This document shows positions 29,559-37,993 of a DNA stretch of 45,723 bases, piece by piece. The notes beneath the pieces are model-generated. The model did no database searches. It worked only from the letters and a program-made list of their open reading frames with translations, and was not told the DNA's origin. The position numbers and the translations under genes were made by a program. Positions within the stretch are counted from its first letter, which is position 1; each line of letters starts with the position of its first letter. Origin of the DNA: Frankiales bacterium (GTDB taxonomy: Bacteria > Actinomycetota > Actinomycetes > Mycobacteriales > SCTD01); NCBI GenBank assembly GCA_031416735.1, contig JANOTZ010000167.1:1-45723 (forward strand), in the 5' to 3' direction.

Positions 29559-29572
29559 TCAGGTGATGGTGA
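29559..29572. repeat. direct repeat copy 3 of TCAGGTGATGGTGA (native 3' end of the thioesterase gene)
   Basis: Seen directly. On the minus strand it reads ...ITIT-stop. Confidence 0.95.
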
Positions 29573-30269
29573 TCCAGGTGGCCTGGGCCACGGCGAGGAC
29601 GCGCCCGCTTCCGTCGTACAAGGCACTGCCGGTGTGGACCTTGCGGCCCTCGCCTCCGGTGAGCCAACCCTGGACCACGTAAGGCGTGCCGACCTCGGGC
29701 AGAACGTCTATGCGGCAGGCCATCCGGCCCAACACCATCGGTCGCCCGACCAGGTCCGCCGACCAGCCACCGGGACAGTCGAGTGCCGCCCACACCATCA
29801 CCGGCGAGCTCTCCGCCGGCGTCCACACCGCCGCGACCACACCGTCGCCCACCTGACCCGGCGTGAGGCCGAGCCCGTCGGTGTGCGCGGGTCCGCAGAC
29901 AAAACAGGTCGGAAACGGATGGTCACTCAGACCCGGGTACGACGAAGTCGCCGCAGCGGCCTGCTCCACCGACACGGCCGGGGGAGGGGAGACCTCGACC
30001 GTGCCGGGGACGGCCTCGGCGACGAGGACGTCTCCGTCGTAGAGGCAGCCGTCGACGATGCGCATCGTGGTGTCGAGGGGCGGCGGTGTGCGCAGCGTCA
30101 CCTGGACCTCCGCGGCCGCCAGGTGCTGCGCGAGCAGGCCGCAGGTGATGCCGCCGTTGGCCGAGCCGGGCGGGCCGTTGAAGCGTGCGCCGACGATCAA
30201 GGTGCTGCTCTCAGGAGGGGTCACCTGCGGGACCGTACCCAACGTGGGGCCGTCTAGGTTGGGTCGCAT
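29559..30269 (-). CDS. hotdog-fold (PaaI-like) thioesterase
   Basis: Frame of ORF 29559..30356. It has GARFNGPPGSANGG and PFPTCFVCGP motifs. The ATG at 30269 is preferred but uncertain; a downstream GTG is possible. Confidence 0.6.
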   Translation of the reverse strand: MRPNLDGPTLGTVPQVTPPESSTLIVGARFNGPPGSANGGITCGLLAQHLAAAEVQVTLRTPPPLDTTMRIVDGCLYDGDVLVAEAVPGTVEVSPPPAVSVEQAAAATSSYPGLSDHPFPTCFVCGPAHTDGLGLTPGQVGDGVVAAVWTPAESSPVMVWAALDCPGGWSADLVGRPMVLGRMACRIDVLPEVGTPYVVQGWLTGGEGRKVHTGSALYDGSGRVLAVAQATWITIT

Positions 30270-32181
30270 GACACGTCGCGCCCTGGTCCTGCTGGTCGCG
30301 CTCGTCGCTGCGATGGCGGGCCTGTCGGCGCCGGCCGCGGCGGCGGTTGCGACCACCGCGGGGCAGTCGACCTACCTGCCGCAGGCACCGTCGCGGGTGC
30401 TCGACACACGTAACGGGACGGGTGCCCGCCCCGGTGTGGTCGGTGCGGGTGAGACGATCGACCTCGTCCTGCCCGGCACCCCCGCGGGGGCCACCGCCGC
30501 GGTGCTCAACGTCACCGCCACGGCCGCGACGGGCACGACGGTGATTCGCGTCTACCCGCAACCCGCCGCAGACGGTGCGCCGCCGCTGGTGAGCAACCTC
30601 AACGTGGTGAGCGGCGGGACCGTCGCCAACCTGGTGGTGACCCGGCTCGGCGTCGGCGGTGCGGTGCGGCTGCACAACGGCTCGGCGACGGTCCACCTGA
30701 TCGCGGACCTCGCCGGTTTCTATGTGGACGGCGGCAGTGGTGCCGGGTTCTCAGGGCGCAGCCCCTGCCGCCTGCTCGACACCCGCGGTGGCCAGCCGTT
30801 GCAAGCCGGTCAGCCGCGCACCCTCCCACTGACGGGCACCTGCCGTGATGGCGGCGTCTCCGGGGTGCCGGCCGATGCCTCTGCCGTTGTCCTGAACGTC
30901 ACGGCCGTGGCGCCGACGGCCAACACCTTCGTGACGGTCTACCCCGGCGGGACGCGACCGATCGTCAGCAACCTCAACCCCTCCCGGGGACAGGTGGTCG
31001 CCAACCAGGTCGTGGTCCGGGTCGAGGACCTCAGCGACAGGGTGCAGCTCTACAACAACGCGGGGACGACGAACATCGTCGTGGACCTCGCGGGGTGGTA
31101 TGTCCCCGGCAGCGGTGACGTCTTCCACCCGGTCGACCCGTTCCGGGTCCTGGACACGAGGCAGAGCTCACCCGTGGCCGCCGGTGCTCCGCGGGTGCTC
31201 GGCCTCTCCGGTGCGGGGGCGCTGCCCTGGATGGCGAAGGCGCTCGCCCTCAACCTGACGGCGACCCGGCCGACAGCGAACTCGCACGTCACCGCCTACC
31301 CGGCACAGAGCGAGGCGCCCAACCCGCCGGTGGCCAGCAACCTCAACTTCCTGCGGGGTCAGGACGTCCCCAACGCCGCGGTGGTGGCGGCCGGGGAGGA
31401 CGGTGCCATCCGCCTCGCGGTCGGTGCGCAGACCGTCGACCTGGTCGTCGACGTCGCCGGGTGGTTCGGCCCGGCGGGCGACGGCTGGGACATCAGCTGG
31501 CCACAGTGCACGACCGCCGGCTCCACCACCAGCAACCACCCGACCGGCGGCGCGTTCGCCGTCATCGGCGTCACCCGCGGCACCTTCAACCTCAACAACA
31601 GCGGCAACACCTGCCTGGCCGACGAGTGGGCCTGGGCGTCGACCCTGAGTGGCGCCCCGAGTGCCTACATCAACACCGACGCCAACGTCGACAACCCGCA
31701 CTGGGCCGACGCCGGTCCCAAGGCGGTCGACTGCAGCGCCAAGCAGAAGACCAGCGACTGCGGCTATAACTACGGCTGGAACCTCGCCTCCTTCGCGGCG
31801 CCGAAGATCCCGGCGGCGCCGGGTGGGGGCAAGCCCTTCGTGTGGCTCGACGTGGAAGGTCCCTATGCCGGCGGACCGTTCTGGACCGACAGCGTCGCCA
31901 CCAACCGGGCCGTCGTGAGCACCGCGATCGCCCGGCTCCGGGGGCTTGGCTACCGGGTGGGCATCTACTCCGACCGGGCCAGCAGCACCGCGCCGGACTG
32001 GAAGCTCATCATGGGCGACTACGTCCGCACCGACGTCCAGAACTGGGTCTTCCGCGCACCCGATAACAACCCCGCCGCCCTCTGCGTCCCGGCCTCGTCG
32101 TTCTCCGGGGGGCCGGTCGTCATGGTGCAGGTCCAGCCCGGTCAGAGCGGTCAGGCCTTCGACGTCAACCACGTCTGCTGA
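30268..32181 (+). CDS. secreted protein: three tandem ~115-aa repeats + C-terminal GH25/DUF1906-like glycoside-hydrolase-like domain
   Basis: Frame of ORF 30058..32181, with ATG at 30268 and a signal peptide ...APAAAAVA. Each repeat shows VLDTR ... LNVTA ... VYP ... SNLN ... DLAG(F/W)Y. The C-terminal part reads DISWPQC ... FVWLDVEG ... GIYS. Confidence 0.6.
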   Translation: MTRRALVLLVALVAAMAGLSAPAAAAVATTAGQSTYLPQAPSRVLDTRNGTGARPGVVGAGETIDLVLPGTPAGATAAVLNVTATAATGTTVIRVYPQPAADGAPPLVSNLNVVSGGTVANLVVTRLGVGGAVRLHNGSATVHLIADLAGFYVDGGSGAGFSGRSPCRLLDTRGGQPLQAGQPRTLPLTGTCRDGGVSGVPADASAVVLNVTAVAPTANTFVTVYPGGTRPIVSNLNPSRGQVVANQVVVRVEDLSDRVQLYNNAGTTNIVVDLAGWYVPGSGDVFHPVDPFRVLDTRQSSPVAAGAPRVLGLSGAGALPWMAKALALNLTATRPTANSHVTAYPAQSEAPNPPVASNLNFLRGQDVPNAAVVAAGEDGAIRLAVGAQTVDLVVDVAGWFGPAGDGWDISWPQCTTAGSTTSNHPTGGAFAVIGVTRGTFNLNNSGNTCLADEWAWASTLSGAPSAYINTDANVDNPHWADAGPKAVDCSAKQKTSDCGYNYGWNLASFAAPKIPAAPGGGKPFVWLDVEGPYAGGPFWTDSVATNRAVVSTAIARLRGLGYRVGIYSDRASSTAPDWKLIMGDYVRTDVQNWVFRAPDNNPAALCVPASSFSGGPVVMVQVQPGQSGQAFDVNHVC

Positions 32182-32231
32182 TCCCCGAGAGCGCAGCGCT
32201 GACCCGCGACACCGGCGGGTCGGCCGGTGAG

Positions 32232-32969
32232 TCAGGCGCCGAGGTCGAGGACGGCGGCCTGGGCGGGGGTCGGCGCGCCTCCGCCGCGGTGGGCGGGGAC
32301 CCACCAGGCGCCCGGCTCGCCCGGCGCCGGATAGGCGTCCTGCGCCTGTTCGAGCAGCTCGCCCATGACGCGCTGCAGGTTGTCGGTCACGACCTGCGGA
32401 TCGTCGTCCGGACCGACGTGGATCGCCTCCCCGAACAGGATCGTCACGGGCGCCCCCCACGCCTCGAGGAGGCGGGGTCTGCGGGTGCGGGTGAGGACGC
32501 GGTGGCTGCCCCAGATGACACAGGGGACGAGCGGAGCGCCGGACTGCGCCGCCATCCGTGCGGCTCCGTTCTTGAAGGGAAGCAGCGTGAAGCTGCGTGA
32601 CACACGGGTCTCGGGGAAGACCCCGACGACCTCGCCGCGGTCGAGCGCCTTGACGGCATGCTGGTAGGCACCGGCCCCCGCTGTCCGGTCAACGGGAATG
32701 TGACCCATCGCGTGCATCAGCGGCCCGGATAGCCTGTGTTCAAAGGACTTCAGGGTGGCCATGAACCGTGTGTAGCGCCGCTGGTCGCGCCAGAGGGCCC
32801 ACTCAGCCAGTGCGAAGTCGAGATAGCTGAAGTGGCTGAGCGCGAGCACCACACCGCCGGTGGCGGGCACGTGTGCGGACCCGAGGATCGTGCGACGCAG
32901 ACCGAGTACGGCGAAAGCGCCCCCGCCGAGAGCAACGATGATCCGGTAGACACGGTTCTTCCAACGCAC
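32232..32969 (-). CDS. 1-acyl-sn-glycerol-3-phosphate acyltransferase (PlsC family)
   Basis: 245-aa ORF with the HX4D motif SHFSYLD and a later FPETRVS block. Confidence 0.8.
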   Translation of the reverse strand: MRWKNRVYRIIVALGGGAFAVLGLRRTILGSAHVPATGGVVLALSHFSYLDFALAEWALWRDQRRYTRFMATLKSFEHRLSGPLMHAMGHIPVDRTAGAGAYQHAVKALDRGEVVGVFPETRVSRSFTLLPFKNGAARMAAQSGAPLVPCVIWGSHRVLTRTRRPRLLEAWGAPVTILFGEAIHVGPDDDPQVVTDNLQRVMGELLEQAQDAYPAPGEPGAWWVPAHRGGGAPTPAQAAVLDLGA

Positions 32970-32977
32970 GGTCAGCC

Positions 32978-34276
32978 TCAGCGGGTCTTCTCGAGGACGA
33001 ATTGGTGGACGTCAAGATATCCGGAGGAGAACCCCGCCTCGGAGTAGGCGAGATACAGCGACCACATGCGGCGGAAAGTCTCGTCGAAGCCGAGCGCCTC
33101 GACCTCCTCGGGCCGGCTCTCGATGCGGGCGCGCCACAGCCGCAGCGTCTCGGCGTAGTGCGGTCCGAAGGCGAAGCGGTCGAGGACCCTCATCGACGTG
33201 TGCTGAAAGACCGCCTGCTCGATCGCGTTGACCGAGGGGATGAGCCCGCCGGGGAAGATGTACTTGTGGATCCAGGTGAAGGTGTCGCGTGACGCGAGCA
33301 TCCGGTCATGCGGCATCGTGATCGCCTGCAGGCCAACCCTTCCGCCCGGTGAGAGGTGGCGGTCCAGGACGGCGAAGTACTCCGGCCAGTAGCGGTGGCC
33401 GACCGCCTCGACCATCTCGACGGACAGCACGGCGTCATACCTGCCCTCCACGTCGCGGTAGTCGCACAGCTCGACCGTCACCAGGTCGGCGAGCCCGGCG
33501 TCCCGCACGCGGGACAGGGCCAAGGTGCGTTGCTCCTCGGACAGCGTGATCGAGTGGACGTGGGCGCCGCGCGCCGCTGCCCGGAGCGCCAACTCGCCCC
33601 ACCCGGTGCCGATCTCCAGAATCCTGCTGCCGGCCGTGACTGCGGCGCCATCGAGTAGCCGGTCGATCTTGCGGTGCTGGGCGCCCTCGAGCTGCTCCCA
33701 GGTCGCCGCCGGTCGGCCATCGGGCTGTGCCGGCGATGCGGGGTCGAAGAGCGCGGAGGAGTAGGTCAAGGTGTCATCGAGGAACAGCGCGAACAGCTCG
33801 TTCGACAGGTCGTAGTGCCGCTCGATGTTGCGCTTCTGCTGCCGCTTGCTCTGGTTGTCGCTCGCCGGGTGGCGCAGCAACGCGAGGTCGCGCAACCGTT
33901 GCAGGGGCGGCGGAATCAGCTCCCCTACCCGGGCTGCAAAGACGGTGAGGACCCCCGCGAGGTCGTCGGTCTCCCAATCCCCTGCCATGTAGGCCTCGCC
34001 GAAGCCGACCAGACCGGAGCTGCCGAGGCGCAGGTAGAACGCTTCGGGACGCCGCATCCGCAGGACCGGACCGGCGAGACCGCCGGCACCGAGCACCCGG
34101 CCGTCGGGCAGCAGCACATGCAACGGGAGCGTGCGCACCACCCGCTCGAACAGCTGCTGAGCGATGCGCCCACGTGCCCTGTTGCCCGGGACGGTCGCGA
34201 TGGCCGGCCACCTCGTGGGATCGAGGTGGCCGAGGGTCTGGACAGCCTCGCGACGACCGGTCTCGAGGACACTCAT
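32978..34276 (-). CDS. cfa: cyclopropane-fatty-acyl-phospholipid synthase family SAM methyltransferase
   Basis: C-terminal 432 aa of ORF 32978..34864, from MSVLETGRRE... It has NIERHYDLSNELFALFLD, and the SAM motif ILEIGTGWG. Confidence 0.85.
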   Translation of the reverse strand: MSVLETGRREAVQTLGHLDPTRWPAIATVPGNRARGRIAQQLFERVVRTLPLHVLLPDGRVLGAGGLAGPVLRMRRPEAFYLRLGSSGLVGFGEAYMAGDWETDDLAGVLTVFAARVGELIPPPLQRLRDLALLRHPASDNQSKRQQKRNIERHYDLSNELFALFLDDTLTYSSALFDPASPAQPDGRPAATWEQLEGAQHRKIDRLLDGAAVTAGSRILEIGTGWGELALRAAARGAHVHSITLSEEQRTLALSRVRDAGLADLVTVELCDYRDVEGRYDAVLSVEMVEAVGHRYWPEYFAVLDRHLSPGGRVGLQAITMPHDRMLASRDTFTWIHKYIFPGGLIPSVNAIEQAVFQHTSMRVLDRFAFGPHYAETLRLWRARIESRPEEVEALGFDETFRRMWSLYLAYSEAGFSSGYLDVHQFVLEKTR

Positions 34277-34941
34277 GGGGTTTGCTCCTTCGGGGGGCGA
34301 GGGACGACGGGCAGTCGTCGCAGGAAGAGCCGGATGCCCTGGACGCGGATGCGCAGGGAGACCAGTCGGGTGGAGCAGGCGAGGGCCAGCCGCACCCGGG
34401 GGGTGAGCGGTGTCCGGGTGCCGCGGACGGTGGCGACGAACGGCCGTGCCCCGGGTCGGTGGTAGGTCACGTCGAGGCGTACCTCGGACCCCGGCACCGG
34501 CAGGTGCATCTCGTAGTGGCCGTCGACCGGGTGGAACGGTGAGACGTAGAAGACCTTCTCGGTGCCGGCCCACCCGTCCGCGTCGGGGCGAAGCACGTAG
34601 GCGTGCCTTCCGCCGTACGTGTTGTGCACCTCGACGACGATGGCGACCAGTCCGCCGGTCGAGGACAGGCACCAGTGCACCGAGATCGGGTTGAAGACGT
34701 GACCGAGGGTGCGGGCACTGGTCAGCATGAGGATGCGGGAAGCGGAGATCCCCTGTGCAGCAAGCAGAGTGTCGAGGTTGGCGCGGATCGACAACGCCGG
34801 ATCCCCGACGTGGTCCTGCGCGCGGAAACGGGTCGGCAGGGCGTCGAGGTCGACCAGCCACCAATAGCTGCGGTAGGTGAAGGTGTGGCGGATCGGCGTC
34901 TGCCGGGCGTGGTGGATGGTCGTGGCGTAGAGCGCTGTCAC
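34273..34941 (-). CDS. DUF1365 protein
   Basis: 222-aa ORF (MTALYATTIHHARQTPIRHTFTYRSYWWLVDLD...). The stop overlaps the cfa start (ATGA). Confidence 0.8.
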   Translation of the reverse strand: MTALYATTIHHARQTPIRHTFTYRSYWWLVDLDALPTRFRAQDHVGDPALSIRANLDTLLAAQGISASRILMLTSARTLGHVFNPISVHWCLSSTGGLVAIVVEVHNTYGGRHAYVLRPDADGWAGTEKVFYVSPFHPVDGHYEMHLPVPGSEVRLDVTYHRPGARPFVATVRGTRTPLTPRVRLALACSTRLVSLRIRVQGIRLFLRRLPVVPRPPKEQTP

Positions 34942-36194
34942 CAGGTCGCTCCCAGGGCGCGGGCGGCTTCCACGCCGGAGCGCGCGCCGTCCTCGTGGAA
35001 TCCCCAGCCGTGGTAGGCCCCGGCGAAGGCGACCACCCCGTCGCTCAGCGCGGGTAGCCGGTCCCGGGCCGCTACCGAGGTCGGCGTGTAGCTCGGGTGC
35101 TCGTAGTCCATCCGGTCCACCACGGTGGCGGGGTCGATGCGGTCGAGGCCGTTGAGGGTCACGACGAACCGCTCCGGTGCGTCCAGCGACTGCAGCCGGC
35201 TCAGGTCATAGCTCACGAGCACCGACGCCGCGTCGCTGTCGCAACGATCCATCAGGTAGTTCCAGGACGCCTGCGCGCGGTTGCTGCGGGGCAGCAGGGA
35301 GGTGTCGGTGTGCAGCACCGTCGGGTTGGCCGTGTAGGTGATCGCGCCGAGCACCTCGCGTTGTTCCGCGGTGGGCTGGGCCAGTAGCGACAGGGCCTGG
35401 TGCGGATGGGTGGCGATGACGACCGCGTTGAAGGTCTGCACCTCCCCGTCGTCGACCTCGACGCCGGCCGGGGTCCGACGCACCGAGACGACCGGAGAGG
35501 ACGTGCGCACCGCGCTGAGTTCCTTGGCCACCTTCTCGACGTAGGTGCGGGAACCGCCGACGACGGTCCGCCATTGGGGCGAGCCGGTCACGCGCAGCAT
35601 CCCGTGGTGGGACAGGAAGGAGAACAGATAGCGGGCCGGGTACTGCCCGGCGGTGGCCGGTGGGCAGGACCACACGGCGGACACGACCGGCGTCATGAAG
35701 TGCGACCGGAAGTATGGCGTGAACCGGCCCCGCACCAGGAAGGCGTCGAGGGTCTCCTCGCTGGGGGGACCGGCGAGCGCGGCCCGGGCCCGGCGGTGGA
35801 AGCGCACGACCTCGGCGAGCATCTTCAGATACCGAGGGTCGGCAGCCCGGCGTACGGCGAACAGCCCGCCCAGGCCTTGGGCCCCTGCGTATTCCAGGCC
35901 GCACTCGTCGCAGCGGACGGACAGGCTCATGTCGGAGTCCTGGGTCTCCACCTCGAGCTCGGCGAACAGCCGCAGCAACACCGGGTAGGTGCGGGCGTTG
36001 TGGACGATGAAGCCGGTGTCGACCCGCTGGACATGACCGCGCCCGTCGAGGACGTCATGGGTGTCGGCGTGGCCGCCCAGGCGGGCGTCTTTCTCGAAGA
36101 GCGTGACCCGGGAGCCCGATCGCTCGAGCACATAGGCCGCGGTGAGCCCGGAAACTCCGGACCCGATGACCGCTGTACGACGGGGGGAACGCAC
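34938..36194 (-). CDS. FAD-dependent amine-oxidase-family oxidoreductase
   Basis: Frame of ORF 34938..36281. The GTG at 36194 has GGAGG 9 nt upstream. The dinucleotide-binding motif is AVIGSGVSGLTAAY. Confidence 0.8.
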   Translation of the reverse strand: MRSPRRTAVIGSGVSGLTAAYVLERSGSRVTLFEKDARLGGHADTHDVLDGRGHVQRVDTGFIVHNARTYPVLLRLFAELEVETQDSDMSLSVRCDECGLEYAGAQGLGGLFAVRRAADPRYLKMLAEVVRFHRRARAALAGPPSEETLDAFLVRGRFTPYFRSHFMTPVVSAVWSCPPATAGQYPARYLFSFLSHHGMLRVTGSPQWRTVVGGSRTYVEKVAKELSAVRTSSPVVSVRRTPAGVEVDDGEVQTFNAVVIATHPHQALSLLAQPTAEQREVLGAITYTANPTVLHTDTSLLPRSNRAQASWNYLMDRCDSDAASVLVSYDLSRLQSLDAPERFVVTLNGLDRIDPATVVDRMDYEHPSYTPTSVAARDRLPALSDGVVAFAGAYHGWGFHEDGARSGVEAARALGATW

Positions 36195-36225
36195 CGCGCT
36201 TCGCCTCCGATCCGGGTAGTGGGGG

Positions 36226-36921
36226 CTACACGGTGAGCAGGGGAGCTCCGGTAGCGGCTTGTGCCAGGACGTTCGTCGCACGCCGTCCGACGGATGGGTC
36301 GAGATCCAGCCAGGACAACGGGAACCCGACGGCGAGGTCGGTCCACAGTCGCGATCGGCGGAGCATGAAGTGGCCGGTCCGCTGCACCCGCACGTAGGTC
36401 AGCGAGGTGGCCAGCGGTCGTGCCGCAGCGGCCCACGCGACCGACTCGGCGGGGCTGGTCCAGTTGTCGCCGACGGCGTGCGCGATGACGACCTTCCTGC
36501 CCGACACGCCGTGGATCGGCTCGTCGGGGAGCCAGGGGCACAGGGCGACCATCGCGATGACGGACGGGTCGTCGAGGACGTGCGCCGCGGCCCGCCCGCC
36601 CATCGAATGCCCGAGCAGCACGACGGGCACGTCGCCGTGCACGCGGCGCACTTCCTCGAGGGCCCACCGCGCGTCCGCGACCGGTGACCGCTCAGGGGCG
36701 TTCCAGCCGCGGACCCGGTAGCGGACCTTCCACACCGCCACGCCGTGCGCAGCCCCCCGCCGGTGCAGGGCCCGGGCGAAGGGGTTGACGCGGCGCGAGC
36801 TCAGGTGCCCTGGCTCCGACGACTCATAGCTGTGCTCCTTGCCGCCGTGGAGCACCAGCACGACGGCCCGGGTGTCGTGCTCCGCAGGGCGGATGGACAG
36901 ACGCGGGTGAAGCGGACGCAC
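36226..36921 (-). CDS. alpha/beta hydrolase
   Basis: 231-aa ORF with nucleophile elbow LLGHSMGG. Confidence 0.7.
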   Translation of the reverse strand: MRPLHPRLSIRPAEHDTRAVVLVLHGGKEHSYESSEPGHLSSRRVNPFARALHRRGAAHGVAVWKVRYRVRGWNAPERSPVADARWALEEVRRVHGDVPVVLLGHSMGGRAAAHVLDDPSVIAMVALCPWLPDEPIHGVSGRKVVIAHAVGDNWTSPAESVAWAAAARPLATSLTYVRVQRTGHFMLRRSRLWTDLAVGFPLSWLDLDPSVGRRATNVLAQAATGAPLLTV

Positions 36922-37027
36922 GGGTGCTCCCTCGCGGGCTGGTGCCGGCCCGGCGCTCGGCGGCCGGTCGAGGTGGCCGACCGGTAGGCGTTCGCAGGTC
37001 GGGGTCTGACGGATGTTTCGGCAGCTG

Positions 37028-37103
37028 TGGTGCCCCCGGAGAGAATCGAACTCCCGACGCCCTCCTTAGGACGGAGGCGCTCTATCCACTGAGCTACGGA
37101 GGC
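37028..37103 (-). tRNA. tRNA-Arg (anticodon CCT), CCA encoded
   Basis: Folded by hand. The acceptor is GCCUCCG/CGGGGGC (one G-U). The D arm is GCUC-AGUGGAUA-GAGC. The anticodon arm is CCUCC-GUCCUAA-GGAGG. The T arm is GGGAG-UUCGAUU-CUCUC. It is 76 nt long. Confidence 0.9.
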
Positions 37104-37223
37104 GGGGGCAGAGGTCACCGCCCGCCCGGGGATCCTACTGGGCGCCCCGCCGGTCGCGAGAAACAGCCAGATGTGCCCAAGGGCGCCACGGGTCGCGGAT
37201 GCGCGGGGGGTGACACTGGTGGG

Positions 37224-37388
37224 GTGACGAAGGAACAGCCCCGTAAGAGACGCCGTGCTGTGGGCCCGCCCGGGGCGGTGCCGCCAGGCGACGAACCTCG
37301 CCCCGACGTCGACGAGCCGAGGGCTGAGGACGAACGGCGTGAGGTCGAGCGGTTCCTCGCCGACCGCCCGCCCCACCACCGCGAATAA
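37224..37388 (+). CDS. small (54-aa) highly charged hypothetical protein
   Basis: 3' part of ORF 36924..37388, with GTG at 37224. Codon position 3 is mostly G/C. No motif is recognised. Confidence 0.3.
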   Translation: MTKEQPRKRRRAVGPPGAVPPGDEPRPDVDEPRAEDERREVERFLADRPPHHRE

Positions 37389-37414
37389 CGAGGTGCCCTC
37401 CTCAGGCCACTACG

Positions 37415-37461
37415 CCGACATCTGCATCAGACACGGCTGGCGTGTTTGATGCAGATGTCGG
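37415..37461. terminator. 20-bp-stem hairpin between convergent genes (bidirectional terminator candidate)
   Basis: CCGACATCTGCATCAGACAC-ggctggc-GTGTTTGATGCAGATGTCGG has one G-T pair. It sits between the small ORF and mscL. Confidence 0.55.
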
Positions 37462-37488
37462 AGAAGGCGGAGGCAGACGCCGGGGAGG

Positions 37489-37914
37489 TCAGGCGACGTC
37501 GAGCTGGTCGACGGTGCAGAAGGCGCAGCGGAGCGCGGCCTGCGGGATCTTCGACAGGCACTCTGGGCAGTCCTTGACCGGGGCGCCCGGCTCGGGCTCG
37601 GTCTTGAAGCGGTCCATCAGGTGCTGCACCGGCCGGACGACGAAGAAGTAGACGACTGCAGCGATGACGACGAACGAGATCGCGGCCTGTACGAACTCGC
37701 CGTAGGGGAAGACGACGTCCTTGTCGCCGCCGACGCCGACGGTGAACTCCCGCTTGCTGAAGTCACCGGCCGCTCCGGTCGCCAGCCCGACCAGGGGTGT
37801 GACGAAGGCCTTGACGAACGCGGTGACGACCGAGCCGAACGCCGCGCCGATGACGACCGCGACGGCCAGGTCCACGACGTTGCCGCGGAGCAGGAACTTC
37901 TTGAATCCGTTCAC
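37489..37914 (-). CDS. mscL: large-conductance mechanosensitive channel with C-terminal CxxC-x10-CxxC tail
   Basis: Frame of ORF 37489..38205. The GTG at 37914 has GGAGG 4 nt upstream. The N-terminus VNGFKKFLLRGNVVDLAVAVVIGAAF is a canonical MscL N-terminus. Confidence 0.85.
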   Translation of the reverse strand: MNGFKKFLLRGNVVDLAVAVVIGAAFGSVVTAFVKAFVTPLVGLATGAAGDFSKREFTVGVGGDKDVVFPYGEFVQAAISFVVIAAVVYFFVVRPVQHLMDRFKTEPEPGAPVKDCPECLSKIPQAALRCAFCTVDQLDVA

Positions 37915-37993
37915 GAGACCTCCAGGCTGCAGGGATGTGATGCCCGATCCTTCCGTACCCAGGCCGGCGCTCGGTCGAGCAGGACCCCGGCGT

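Noticed and set aside
37028-37103. tRNA-Arg as an integration site of a genomic island or prophage.
   Set aside because: There is no integrase next to it. I saw no repeat of the tRNA 3' end nearby. The flanking genes (alpha/beta hydrolase, mscL) are ordinary backbone.
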